DNA of 64,000 bases from an uncultured Clostridia bacterium (GCA_948485625.1 CAOMRW010000009.1:272-64271); one strand, 5' to 3'; shown: positions 1-9,454, counted from the stretch's first letter. The notes: generated by a model from the sequence alone, not told the origin. Numbers and translations: made by a program.

Positions 1-866
1 ATCTCATACTCTTTAGTCCCCATACCTAAAGCTGATGCTGAATCTATTGTATGAGTACCATGTTTTGAATCAATTCTTTCTAATAAATGTTCTCTTCCTG
101 GATCATTTGAATTCTTTACTAAATCTATACAAGCTTGGTCTATTGCAACTGGGTCTAAAGAAGCTAATATTCCAATATCTTCCATACAAGGATCTTCTGC
201 TGGACTACAACAATCACAGTCAACACTCATATTACACATAACATTTATATAAACGATATTTCCATTAAATTTTTCTGTAACACTACTAGCACTATCTGCC
301 ATAGCTTCTAAGAATTTTAATTGATCTACCCTAAACATATCTTCAAAACTTCCATTTTCTTTACCTACACAATGTATATATCTTTTTCCTTTTCCAGAAG
401 CTACTCCAATTGATAATTGTTTTAATGCTCCACCATATCCGCCCATTGGATGTCCTTTAAAATGAGATAATACTAACATAGAATCATAATTATCAATATT
501 TTTTCCTACATAATTTTTCTTAATAACTCTTCCATTTGGAATTTCTAATATTTTATCTTCACCCTCAGCATCCATAATATCTACATCGAAATATTCTGTC
601 CATCCATGTTCTTTCATTAGTTCTTTATGTTTTTCTGTTGTATCTCTAGCACCATCATAAGCAGTATTACATTCTACAACTGTTCCATTAACATATTCTA
701 CAATCTTCTTTACCATTTCTGGTCTAATATAATTTTGATTTCCTTTTTCTCCTGAATGTAATTTAACAGCAACTCTTCCTGTTAATTTTTTTCCAAGTGC
801 TTCATATATTTTAACAATATTTTCTGGAGTTATCTCCTTTATAAAATATACTTTTGATTTTTCCAT
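1..866 (-). CDS. DUF362 domain-containing protein (3' end of gene lies beyond window start)
   Basis: Absent from the ORF track because there is no stop in the window. Minus-strand ATG at 864-866 follows an AAGGAGGGAT RBS (871-880). Own translation MEKSKVYFIKEITPENIVKIYEALGKKLTGRVAVKLHSGEKGN...VLSHFKGHPMGGYGGALKQLSIG...NMSVDCDCC fits the DUF362 pattern (KLHxGE, SHFKGH, GGALK, Cys cluster). Confidence 0.7.
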   Translation of the reverse strand, partial: MEKSKVYFIKEITPENIVKIYEALGKKLTGRVAVKLHSGEKGNQNYIRPEMVKKIVEYVNGTVVECNTAYDGARDTTEKHKELMKEHGWTEYFDVDIMDAEGEDKILEIPNGRVIKKNYVGKNIDNYDSMLVLSHFKGHPMGGYGGALKQLSIGVASGKGKRYIHCVGKENGSFEDMFRVDQLKFLEAMADSASSVTEKFNGNIVYINVMCNMSVDCDCCSPAEDPCMEDIGILASLDPVAIDQACIDLVKNSNDPGREHLLERIDSKHGTHTIDSASALGMGTKEYE

Positions 867-990
867 TTTTATCCCTCCTTATATATGTTATATTTTATCA
901 CATATATATTATATATTGTCAATAATTTTTTAGCTACCCAAGAATTTCTTACATCAACACTATACCTTAAGAAGTTTTTTAATCTTTTCA

Positions 991-1019
991 TTGACTTCGT
1001 TTCCATAAAATGCTATACT
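991..1019 (+). promoter_or_regulatory. sigma-A type promoter upstream of nadK
   Basis: TTGACT (991-996), 17-nt spacer, TATACT (1014-1019), about 65 nt upstream of the nadK ATG. Confidence 0.5.
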
Positions 1020-1083
1020 TCAAGTATTATTAAATGCATGTAACTATAAATATAAAATTTTATATTATAAAGGAGATGCTATC

Positions 1084-1914
1084 ATGAAAAATAATATTAA
1101 AACATTTACACTTTTTGTACGGCCAGATGAAAACAGCAAACAAATAGCAAACTCAATTCGGCTTTTAAACAATTGTGCTATGCAAGCTTTAAAAGAAACC
1201 GATAATGGTGATTTAATTATTGCTATTGGTGGTGATGGAACCTTTATTGACTCTGTCACTTCTACAAACTTTGATAAATCAAAAATCTATGCAGGAATTC
1301 ACACTGGTACACTAGGATTTCTTCAAAATTTATCAGCTACTGAGATATTTACTCTTATCAAATATCTTAGTTATGAAAAAGAAATACCAACAAGAAAAGT
1401 ATTAGTTTCTTCTATAACAGTATACTTAACTAATGGCAAATCCCTCCACTATTACTCATTAAACGAAGTTTTAGTTGTTGGGTTTAACTATTCAAAAATT
1501 TCATTTGCAGAATATATCAATGGAGAACTTTTACAAAATGTATCTGGAAATGGAATAGTTATTGCTACAAACACTGGAGACACAGCATATTCTATGAATT
1601 CTGGAGGGGCAATTGATTTTAGTAATAATTATCAGCTTGTTTGTACATTAGAAACACCTATACTAAATGCAGCCTACGAGCGATTTATTACAAATCCAAT
1701 TATTTGCTCTCAAGTTTCTATTATTCCTAAACAGCCTTCTAAAGTTAGCATTATTATTGATGGAATTACAAAAAAGATTAATCCTAGACATATTAAAAGT
1801 ATTCATGTTTCAATGTTAGATGGCTCAAACTATATTAATAAGTTTGAATTAGAAAACTACTCAAAAGCCAATATTATTCGTAAGAAAATTTTAGGATACG
1901 ATTTTTTTGAGTAA
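1084..1914 (+). CDS. nadK: NAD kinase
   Basis: 276 aa with the GGDGT motif (IIAIGGDGTFI) and NGIVIATNTGDTAYSMNSGG, typical of PpnK/NadK. AGGAG RBS upstream. Confidence 0.85.
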   Translation: MKNNIKTFTLFVRPDENSKQIANSIRLLNNCAMQALKETDNGDLIIAIGGDGTFIDSVTSTNFDKSKIYAGIHTGTLGFLQNLSATEIFTLIKYLSYEKEIPTRKVLVSSITVYLTNGKSLHYYSLNEVLVVGFNYSKISFAEYINGELLQNVSGNGIVIATNTGDTAYSMNSGGAIDFSNNYQLVCTLETPILNAAYERFITNPIICSQVSIIPKQPSKVSIIIDGITKKINPRHIKSIHVSMLDGSNYINKFELENYSKANIIRKKILGYDFFE

Positions 1915-1926
1915 AATAATTTAAAA

Positions 1927-1963
1927 AGCAAAAATCCAATTCTTTTAGAACTGGATTTTTGCT
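1927..1963. terminator. bidirectional rho-independent terminator between convergent nadK and thioesterase genes
   Basis: 12-bp stem AGCAAAAATCCA (1927-1938) / TGGATTTTTGCT (1952-1963), A-run before and T-rich after. Confidence 0.6.
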
Positions 1964-2005
1964 TTCTCTGTAACATATAACTATTTTTATTTAAATTATA
2001 TAATA

Positions 2006-2419
2006 TTACTCTATCACATCTTCAAATTTTTTATTAAATTCAGGAGCATACTTTTTTAAATTAATTGGTTTTAAATTTTTATCTGTAAAACAATGCTTTG
2101 TCTCACCTAAAAGTACAATTTTATCATTTTTCTTATCTCTAACCTCATATCCTACTGTCATTCTAACACCTGAATATTCTTTTACAAAAACATTAATAAG
2201 TATTGTATCATCAAATGTAACATGATATTTATAAGTACAATTCACCCCTAATACTGGAATTGTTATTCCATTTTCCTCAAAAGTTGAGAATGGTATTCCT
2301 ATTTTATCCATCCAATAACATCTTGCTTCTTCTAAAAATCTAATATAGTTTGAATGATGAACAACACCCATCCTATCAGTTTCATAATAATTAATCTTTC
2401 TTTCAAAAATAATTCCCAT
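2006..2419 (-). CDS. acyl-CoA thioesterase, YbgC/4HBT (hotdog fold) family
   Basis: 137 aa; N-terminal YYETDRMGVVHHSNYIRFLEEAR is the 4-hydroxybenzoyl-CoA thioesterase family signature. Confidence 0.75.
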   Translation of the reverse strand: MGIIFERKINYYETDRMGVVHHSNYIRFLEEARCYWMDKIGIPFSTFEENGITIPVLGVNCTYKYHVTFDDTILINVFVKEYSGVRMTVGYEVRDKKNDKIVLLGETKHCFTDKNLKPINLKKYAPEFNKKFEDVIE

Positions 2420-2433
2420 AATCCTTACTTCCT

Positions 2434-3123
2434 CTACTTTATTAAATCTTTTATTACTTCTCCAGCTATAATTAGTCCCGCAACAGATGGAACAAATGAT
2501 ATACTAGCAGGAACTCGTTTTCCATCTATATTGTCATTTCTAATAGGCTCTTCTTTTGAATAGACTACTTTAAGTTTTTTTATCCCTCTATTCTTTAATT
2601 CTTTTCTCATAACTTTTGCTAATGGACATACTTGTGTTTTATAAATATCTGCTACTTCAAACTTTGTTGCATCTAATTTATTTCCAGTTCCCATACAAGA
2701 TATTATAGGAACATTTAATTTATTTGCTCTTATAACCAACTCAATTTTAGCAGTTACAGTATCTACTGCATCTACAATATAATCTACTGTTTCATCTAAA
2801 ATCCCTTTACTATCTGGCATAAAAAATTCTTGAAATATTTCCACATTTGCTTCTGGATTTATTTCTAAAATTCTCTCTTTAGCAACTTGGACTTTAGATT
2901 GTCCTACTGTTTTTGTAGTTGCGATTATCTGTCTATTTAAATTTGTTATATCTACAATATCTTTATCTATTAATATAAATTTTCCTATTCCTACTCTAGC
3001 AAGTGCTTCTACTACAAAAGAACCTACTCCACCAATTCCAAAGATAGCAACTTTAGAATTCTGTAACTTTTTTACATTTTCTTCTCCTATTAATAATTCA
3101 GTTCTTGAAAATTGATTTTGCAT
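2434..3123 (-). CDS. tcdA: tRNA threonylcarbamoyladenosine dehydratase (ThiF/MoeB-like E1 fold)
   Basis: 229 aa; FSRTELLIGEENVKKL..., Rossmann motif FGIGGVGS and NLNRQ, size typical of TcdA/CsdL. Confidence 0.7.
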   Translation of the reverse strand: MQNQFSRTELLIGEENVKKLQNSKVAIFGIGGVGSFVVEALARVGIGKFILIDKDIVDITNLNRQIIATTKTVGQSKVQVAKERILEINPEANVEIFQEFFMPDSKGILDETVDYIVDAVDTVTAKIELVIRANKLNVPIISCMGTGNKLDATKFEVADIYKTQVCPLAKVMRKELKNRGIKKLKVVYSKEEPIRNDNIDGKRVPASISFVPSVAGLIIAGEVIKDLIK

Positions 3124-3255
3124 TTTTTCTTCTCCCTCTAAATTTGATTATATCACTTAAAAATTTATATTTCAACTTAAACAAAAATTTAGTGTAAAAT
3201 TTTACTTATTTACAATTTAAAATAGTCTAAAAACAATTTCAGATTGAATAAATAT

Positions 3256-3284
3256 AAAAAGAAAACTCACTCATTATGAGTGAG
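3256..3284 (-). terminator. terminator downstream of the pilin-like gene
   Basis: Hairpin CTCACTC-ATTAT-GAGTGAG (3266-3284). On the minus-strand RNA it is followed by UUUUCUUUUU (plus-strand A-run 3256-3265). Confidence 0.5.
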
Positions 3285-3380
3285 CCCCATTTTCTGGATA
3301 CCTTTAGAAGTAAGCATAGTTGAAAACTCCATTATTATGCAAATCCCACTGGGAAGTATAAACCACCATAGCATCATCAA

Positions 3381-4988
3381 TTACATACATGAATCACATC
3401 TACCACATCTCTTGCAAACATAGTCTCTACCAATAAATGTATAAGCACACTTACTACAATAGCTATAATCAGAACTTACCCCATCCCACAAGCTCATTGC
3501 TTGTACTCTGATATGTCCCCATGCATTTTGAGTTATGTATGTTGATGATAACTGTACTCCACATCTTGAACATTTATGATAATATGAATCTGGTGTTGTA
3601 CAACTTACATTTGATGCTTTCGAACCTCCTGTTGTTGGATTATGTCCTAATGCATTTGTACTTTGATATGTTGATGATAACTGTACTCCACATCTTGAAC
3701 ATTTATGATATCTTCTTTCTGGTACTGTACATGTTGCATTTGTTTGTATTGTTCCTCCTGTTGTTGCATTATGTCCTAATGCATTTGCACTTTGATATGT
3801 AGTTGATAAATTAACTCCACATCTTGAACATTTATGATATCTTCTTTCTGGTACTGTACATGTTGCACTTGTTTGTATTGAGCCTCCTGTTGTTGAATTA
3901 TGCCCTAATACAGCTATATTAGCACTTTCTCTTTTATTACATATTTTACAAGTTCTTTCTTTAGTTCCTTCCACTACACATGTTGCATTTTTAGTTATTA
4001 CATATTCTCCAAAATTATGATTTTGATCTTTTTTAACAGTTAATACTGATGGCTCTGACTTATTTCCAGCTTTATCATATGTATATGCTGTTATAGTTGT
4101 TGTTCCCTCATTTATTATAGAAACTCCATCAAATGTCGTTTCTTCTTTGGAAGTATCTCCTGTCAAAACATAAGTTACTCTATCAATTCCACTTATTGTT
4201 CCTGTATCATTATCTGGTTTATCTTCACCTGGTGTTATAGATAATGTTATATTTGAAGCATACCAATCATTATTTCCCATTGTTCCTGATGGAGTTATTG
4301 TTGGTGGATTTGGTTCTCCTCTATCTATATTATCAATTTTGTATTTCAAATTATTTTTTGTTTGTGCTTCTCCTTTTTTCAGTCTCACATATATCTCTGT
4401 ATTTTTTTCTATAACAAACTTTTCAGAATATGTTATCCATTTATCTTGGTCAAATGAATATTGAATTATATATTCATCCTTATTTTCTTTCATATTTTCT
4501 ATTTCAACTTCTACATTTTTATTTGTCCACTCTGATGGTGTATTTCTTATAACTATATCACTTTCTACTATTTCCTCTATTTCAATTAATTCTTTACTTT
4601 CACTTCCATTTCCGGTTTCACCATCTTCTATTACAAATATATAATCTTCTTTTGTTTTTATTATTAACTTTTCTTTATCATCTTCCTGTTCTATCTTCAT
4701 TTCTGAACCATCAAATATTTTATCTTTTTCCAACTTTTCCTTTACATTTTTAAGGAATTCACCTGTGCTTATATCTTTATCCATTCTATTCAAGTTTTCA
4801 TCTATTAATACTAAATTTATAGTTTCTTGATATGTAGCTTTCTCATATTTTTCTCTTGATGTTCTAGCTTTTGTTAATAAGCCATTTTCTCCTACTAAAC
4901 TAGCTATAGATATCCCTGCCAAAATTAGCAAAATTACTATTGCTATTACTAATGTTATTAGTGTTATTCCTTTATTTTGTGTTTTCAT
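3381..4988 (-). CDS. pilin-like (prepilin-type N-terminal hydrophobic segment) surface protein with four Cys-rich C-terminal modules
   Basis: ORF 3381..5015; likely start is ATG at 4988 behind AAAGGAGGAAAAAT. N-terminus MKTQNKGITLITLVIAIVILLILAGISIASL resembles a class III (prepilin) signal but lacks Glu+5. A central Ig-like region is followed by the Cys-rich repeats and a Cys-rich tail. Confidence 0.6.
   Translation of the reverse strand: MKTQNKGITLITLVIAIVILLILAGISIASLVGENGLLTKARTSREKYEKATYQETINLVLIDENLNRMDKDISTGEFLKNVKEKLEKDKIFDGSEMKIEQEDDKEKLIIKTKEDYIFVIEDGETGNGSESKELIEIEEIVESDIVIRNTPSEWTNKNVEVEIENMKENKDEYIIQYSFDQDKWITYSEKFVIEKNTEIYVRLKKGEAQTKNNLKYKIDNIDRGEPNPPTITPSGTMGNNDWYASNITLSITPGEDKPDNDTGTISGIDRVTYVLTGDTSKEETTFDGVSIINEGTTTITAYTYDKAGNKSEPSVLTVKKDQNHNFGEYVITKNATCVVEGTKERTCKICNKRESANIAVLGHNSTTGGSIQTSATCTVPERRYHKCSRCGVNLSTTYQSANALGHNATTGGTIQTNATCTVPERRYHKCSRCGVQLSSTYQSTNALGHNPTTGGSKASNVSCTTPDSYYHKCSRCGVQLSSTYITQNAWGHIRVQAMSLWDGVSSDYSYCSKCAYTFIGRDYVCKRCGRCDSCM
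3516..3902 (-). repeat. three tandem in-frame 129-bp repeats (43-aa Cys/His modules)
   Basis: Modules aa 372-414, 415-457 and 458-500: HN(S/A/P)TTGG.IQT.ATCTVPERRYHKCSRCGV.LS.TYQS.NALG. A diverged fourth module lies upstream (about 3903-4020). Pattern is C-x9/10-C-x2-C plus conserved His. Confidence 0.85.
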
Positions 4989-5134
4989 ATTTTTCCTCCT
5001 TTGTTTTTCTACCATTTATTATACTTTTTGATATTTTTCAACACAATAAAAATAATTATTTTCTGTAATATCTTTTTTACATAAAACTGTAGAATAACTT
5101 TTGGACACAAAATTAAAAACAAATAAAACATTAC

Positions 5135-7720
5135 TTACTTCACAATTACATTAAAGCCCGCTTCTTCAATCACTTCTCTAATTATATTATCATCAATTTC
5201 TCTACTTGACTCTATCACAACACTTTTACTTTCTAAATCAACCTCAACATTTGTAACGCTTTCTATATTTCCTAAAACTTTTTCAACAGTCATTTTACAA
5301 TGATTACATTGCATCCCCTCAACAATAATTGTTTTTGTATTCATTTTAATTTCCTCCTCATCAATATTTTTATATTCTGAATCTGTATTTTGTCTTTCAT
5401 CACTATATAAATCTAATTTAAATTTAGACTTAAATCTTTTTAATCTCAAAGCATTTGTAACAACACATACAGAACTCAAACTCATAGCAGCCGCACCTAT
5501 CATAGGACTCAATTTAAATCCAAAACTCATATAAAACATTCCAGCAGATACTGGTATTCCTATACAATTATAGAAAAATGCCCAAAATAAATTCATTTTT
5601 ATATTTCTTACAACAGCCTTACCTAAATCAATTGCAGTAACTACATCTAATAAACTATTTTTCATTAAAACAATATCTGCTGACTCTATAGCAATATCTG
5701 TCCCAGAACCTATTGCTATACCAACATCTGATTTAGAAATAGCTGGACTATCATTAATTCCATCACCCACAAATACTACTTTTTTTCCTTGCATTTGTAA
5801 TTTCGAAACTTCTTTTTCTTTATCTTGTGGCAATACTTCTGAAATAATTATATTTATTCCTAATTTTTTTCCAATTTGTTCTGCTACTATCTTATTATCT
5901 CCAGTTATCATTACAACATCTATATTTCTCGATTTCATCTCTTGAATTGCTTGTATACTTGTATTTTTTATTGTATCTGCAACAGCAATAATTCCAATAA
6001 TCTCATTACTATTTGCAAAATATAATACTGTGTTTCCTTGATTTAAAAATTCTTCACTCTTCAAATCTATCATTTTTGTATTAATGTTATTTTCTTTCAT
6101 AAATGAAATATTACCACCTATATAGTTCATTCCATCTATTTTTCCTTTTACACCTCTTCCAGAAATAGCAACAAACTCACTTACTTCTAATAAGTCTATC
6201 TTATCTTCTTTTATCTTTTCCATTATTGCATCTGCTAATGGATGTTCTGAATTTTTTTCAAGAGTACCTGCAATCTTTAATAACTCTCTTTCTTCTATTA
6301 AACTTACAATATCTATAACCTTAGGTCTTCCTTCAGTTACTGTTCCTGTCTTATCTAAAACAATTGTATCAATAGAATGTAATAATTCCAAACTTTCTGC
6401 CGATTTTATTAATATTCCTTTTTCTGCTCCTTTTCCTGTTCCAACCATAATAGCTACTGGTGTTGCTAATCCTAACGCACATGGACAAGATATTACTAAA
6501 ACAGCTATTCCTATACTTAAAGCAAATTCAAAACTTTGACCTTGTAATAGCCAAAATATTGTAGCTAAAATTGCAATTCCTATAACACAAGGTACAAATA
6601 TTCCACTTACTTTATCAGCCAATCTTGCTATTGGAGCCTTTGAATTACTTGCTTCCTCTACTAGTTTTATAATCTGTGAAAGTGTTGTATCATTTCCAAC
6701 CTTTGTAGCTTTTATTTTCAAATATCCATTTTTATTAATTGTTCCTGATACAACTGAATCTCCTACTGTTTTTTCTACTGGAATACTTTCCCCTGTTATA
6801 CTAGATTGGTCAATAGATGAATCTCCACTAATTATGATTCCATCTACTCCAATACTTTCACCTGGTTTTATAATAATTATATCTCCTATAACTATTTCAT
6901 CTAAGTTTATTTCAGATTCTTTTCCATCTCTTAAAACTATTGCTGTTTTAGGAGCTAAATTTATCAATTTACTTATAGCATCACTTGTCTTTCCTTTTGA
7001 TTTTGTTTCTAAATATTTTCCTACTGTTATTAATGTTAATATTGTCCCTGCTGATTCAAAATAAATATCCATTGAATATTTCTGAACAATATCAATTTGA
7101 TTATGCCCTAACCCATATCCAATCATAAAAATTGCAAATATACCATAAAATATTGCAGCTCCACTTCCAATTGCTATCAAGGAATCCATATTAGGGCTTA
7201 ATTTAAATAATCTTTTAAAACCAACTATAAAATAATTTCTATTTACATACACAATTGGTAATAATAGTAAAAATTGTGTAAGCCCAAAAGTAATTGCATT
7301 TTCATTTCCATGAAATAGTGTATTTACAAATTGTGGTATTTGTAATCCAAACCATTCATAAAACATATGATACATTGCAATATACATTAATGGAATTAGA
7401 AAAGATATTGAAATTATTAGTCTTTTTTTCATTGATTTTATAATTTCACTATTATCAACCTTTTTTTCATTTTTATTTTTTATATTTCTATTTTCTTCTA
7501 TAACACTTGCTCCATATCCTGCATCAGCTACTGCTTTTATTATTTTTTCATTATTTAACTTATCTTTGTCATATTCTACTACCATATTATTTGATAACAA
7601 ATTTACATTTACACATTTTATCCCATCTAACTTATTTACAGCTTTTTCTACATGAGAAGAACAACTACTACATGTCATTCCTTTTATATCAAATTTCTCT
7701 TTTTCCACTCTCTTTTTCAT
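5135..7720 (-). CDS. copA: copper-translocating P-type ATPase with N- and C-terminal HMA domains
   Basis: 861 aa with N-terminal GMTCSSC, CPC motif (SCPCALGLATP), DKTGT and GDGINDSP. There is an additional C-terminal HMA domain (GMQCNHCKMTVEKV). Confidence 0.9.
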   Translation of the reverse strand: MKKRVEKEKFDIKGMTCSSCSSHVEKAVNKLDGIKCVNVNLLSNNMVVEYDKDKLNNEKIIKAVADAGYGASVIEENRNIKNKNEKKVDNSEIIKSMKKRLIISISFLIPLMYIAMYHMFYEWFGLQIPQFVNTLFHGNENAITFGLTQFLLLLPIVYVNRNYFIVGFKRLFKLSPNMDSLIAIGSGAAIFYGIFAIFMIGYGLGHNQIDIVQKYSMDIYFESAGTILTLITVGKYLETKSKGKTSDAISKLINLAPKTAIVLRDGKESEINLDEIVIGDIIIIKPGESIGVDGIIISGDSSIDQSSITGESIPVEKTVGDSVVSGTINKNGYLKIKATKVGNDTTLSQIIKLVEEASNSKAPIARLADKVSGIFVPCVIGIAILATIFWLLQGQSFEFALSIGIAVLVISCPCALGLATPVAIMVGTGKGAEKGILIKSAESLELLHSIDTIVLDKTGTVTEGRPKVIDIVSLIEERELLKIAGTLEKNSEHPLADAIMEKIKEDKIDLLEVSEFVAISGRGVKGKIDGMNYIGGNISFMKENNINTKMIDLKSEEFLNQGNTVLYFANSNEIIGIIAVADTIKNTSIQAIQEMKSRNIDVVMITGDNKIVAEQIGKKLGINIIISEVLPQDKEKEVSKLQMQGKKVVFVGDGINDSPAISKSDVGIAIGSGTDIAIESADIVLMKNSLLDVVTAIDLGKAVVRNIKMNLFWAFFYNCIGIPVSAGMFYMSFGFKLSPMIGAAAMSLSSVCVVTNALRLKRFKSKFKLDLYSDERQNTDSEYKNIDEEEIKMNTKTIIVEGMQCNHCKMTVEKVLGNIESVTNVEVDLESKSVVIESSREIDDNIIREVIEEAGFNVIVK

Positions 7721-7727
7721 TCTCCTT

Positions 7728-8042
7728 TCATTGTAATTTTTTTATTATTTGTATAACATCATCTAGTATATCCATATTTCCTTTTTGTATATTAGTTGCA
7801 ACACAAGTCTTCAAATGACTTTCTAGTATATTATTGCCTAAGCTTTTTAATGCCTTATTCACTGCTGATACTTGTATCAATACATCATCACAATATCTAT
7901 CCTCTAGAATCATTTGCTTAATTCCTCTTATTTGCCCCTCTATTATATTTAGTCGCTTTATTAAATCTTTTTTGTTTTCATCTGTTCTATATGTACTTTT
8001 TTCTACTTGTTCACTACATTTATCACATTTTGTTTCTTTCAT
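7728..8042 (-). CDS. csoR: copper-sensing transcriptional repressor CsoR
   Basis: RLNIIEGQIRGIKQMILEDRYCDDVLIQVSAV...ESHLKTCV is the CsoR/RcnR family core. Start placed at ATG 8040-8042 behind GAGGTG; the ORF-track start at 8063 lies inside the -10 box. 7 nt upstream of copA. Confidence 0.85.
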   Translation of the reverse strand: MKETKCDKCSEQVEKSTYRTDENKKDLIKRLNIIEGQIRGIKQMILEDRYCDDVLIQVSAVNKALKSLGNNILESHLKTCVATNIQKGNMDILDDVIQIIKKLQ

Positions 8043-8061
8043 CTCTTCACCTCTGCCATAC

Positions 8062-8090
8062 ATTATATACCCCTATAGGGTATTTGTCAA
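8062..8090 (-). promoter_or_regulatory. consensus promoter of csoR-copA with a palindromic operator in the spacer
   Basis: Minus strand reads TTGACA (8085-8090), 17 nt, TATAAT (8062-8067). The spacer carries ATACCC-CTATA-GGGTAT (8067-8083), a GC-rich inverted repeat of the type bound by CsoR. Confidence 0.65.
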
Positions 8091-8176
8091 TACTTAAAAT
8101 TTGACTTTTTATGTAAATCATTATATAATATTCCCAGTACATTAACATATTATCATTGTTTTAGGAGGTAGACACC

Positions 8177-8587
8177 ATGTCATCAAATTACAAAAGTTCT
8201 TCAATTCCCAGTAAAAAATTACTACTTATATTGTGTGCATTTTTGATCTTTTGTTTACTAGGGTATTGTACACATTGTTTTTCACATACCAGTTCAAATG
8301 AGGCTTCTTATACTGCTACAGTAACAAAATTGGTAGTTAAAAACTATGACAATGCATCTAAATTTCTAGTCTATGTAAGATTAGTTGATACTGGTGAAAT
8401 TCATGTATTACAGATTACAGATTCATTCTCCAATTGGCTCTTTGACTCTTCAAAACTGTATGACTCTATTGAAGTAGATAAAACCTATATTTTTACTGTA
8501 TATGGGTATAAAAACAAAATTCTTAGTGAATATGAAAATATCTTATCAATAGAGGAAGTATCTTCACCACAAGAAGAACAGCAGTAA
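8177..8587 (+). CDS. hypothetical membrane-anchored protein
   Basis: 136 aa with AGGAGG RBS and one N-terminal TM segment (LLLILCAFLIFCLLGY). No recognisable family. Confidence 0.5.
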   Translation: MSSNYKSSSIPSKKLLLILCAFLIFCLLGYCTHCFSHTSSNEASYTATVTKLVVKNYDNASKFLVYVRLVDTGEIHVLQITDSFSNWLFDSSKLYDSIEVDKTYIFTVYGYKNKILSEYENILSIEEVSSPQEEQQ

Positions 8588-8634
8588 TTGTTACCTACCA
8601 TGAAATCAATTTATTTGGTTTCAGTACACATGAA

Positions 8635-8667
8635 AACGAGATAAAAGATTTATTCTTTTATCTCGTT
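8635..8667 (+). terminator. rho-independent terminator
   Basis: 14-bp stem AACGAGATAAAAGA (8635-8648) / TCTTTTATCTCGTT (8654-8667), followed by a T-rich tract. Confidence 0.7.
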
Positions 8668-8692
8668 TCTATTTTATATAAAATTCTATTCA

Positions 8693-8721
8693 TTGACACA
8701 GATTACATAAAGTGCTATAAT
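8693..8721 (+). promoter_or_regulatory. consensus sigma-A promoter
   Basis: TTGACA (8693-8698), 17 nt, TATAAT (8716-8721), upstream of the 8774 gene. Confidence 0.6.
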
Positions 8722-8773
8722 TTTCTTGTTACAATTTAATATATCATTTTTAACATTATAAGGAGGACAATAT

Positions 8774-9454
8774 ATGACTAACTACAAATTCTATGACTTA
8801 GGAGTAGTTTGTGGGAGATTCAACCATGAACAGCTTGGACATGTATCTTTATTTGATGTCTCTCGGGCACTTTGCAAACGTACATTAATATTAGTAGGTT
8901 CAAAGCAGGAATATGGTACTCTTAGAAACCCATTTAGAGTAGAAACTCGAATAGATGTAATAAGAGAAACCTATCCTGGCGAATCAGAAGAAATCTTTAT
9001 GGTTCGTGGAATTGATGACCTTACAAATGAGTATGATGTTACTTCCGATTGGGGAAAATTTGTAAAATCTGAAGTAGAATTTCATAAACACAAATTTGCA
9101 AATCTCATGGTTTATGGAAATGATGAATTTAGAAGCAAATGGTTCGCTCCTGAAGATTTAATAGATACAGTAGAAATGATTATTCCTAGAAGTACTAATC
9201 CTATTTCTGGAACAATGGTTAGAGGAATGCTTGTAATTGATGATGAATCAAGCTGGCAAAAAGCAACTCATCCATTAATCCATGGAATGTATGGAAGACT
9301 TAGGTCTGAACTTATGGGAATTCCTGTTTATAAAGAAATTTATAACCGAATTCGCAAAAAAGACTTAACTCTTGAAAATTTTATGGAAGTCTACAAAGAA
9401 TTTGAAGAAGAAGATAAAAAAATTAAGTTAGCTCAGTTACAAACACAAAAATGA
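8774..9454 (+). CDS. cytidylyltransferase-fold adenylyltransferase, NMN adenylyltransferase (NadM/NadR-like) candidate
   Basis: 226 aa; GVVCGRFNHEQLGHVSLF corresponds to the GRFxPxHxGH nucleotidyltransferase motif and ISGTMVRGM to the ISGTxIR motif. Confidence 0.6.
   Translation: MTNYKFYDLGVVCGRFNHEQLGHVSLFDVSRALCKRTLILVGSKQEYGTLRNPFRVETRIDVIRETYPGESEEIFMVRGIDDLTNEYDVTSDWGKFVKSEVEFHKHKFANLMVYGNDEFRSKWFAPEDLIDTVEMIIPRSTNPISGTMVRGMLVIDDESSWQKATHPLIHGMYGRLRSELMGIPVYKEIYNRIRKKDLTLENFMEVYKEFEEEDKKIKLAQLQTQK

Noticed and set aside
35-241. 68-aa plus-strand ORF at the window start
   Set aside because: It lies antisense inside the DUF362 gene, which reads cleanly on the minus strand from 866 to the window edge.
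3521-3802. 93-aa plus-strand ORF (MHFELCMLMITVLHILNIY...) with an internal repeat
   Set aside because: It is antisense to the Cys-rich repeat region of the pilin-like gene. Its repeat merely mirrors the 129-bp coding repeats. It has no RBS and its composition is low-complexity L/M/I-rich.
3516-3902. Possible CRISPR-like array (regular repeats), also considered for 33196-33330
   Set aside because: The units are directly abutting with no unique spacers. They are in-frame with the host ORFs and encode repeated protein modules. No cas genes are present.
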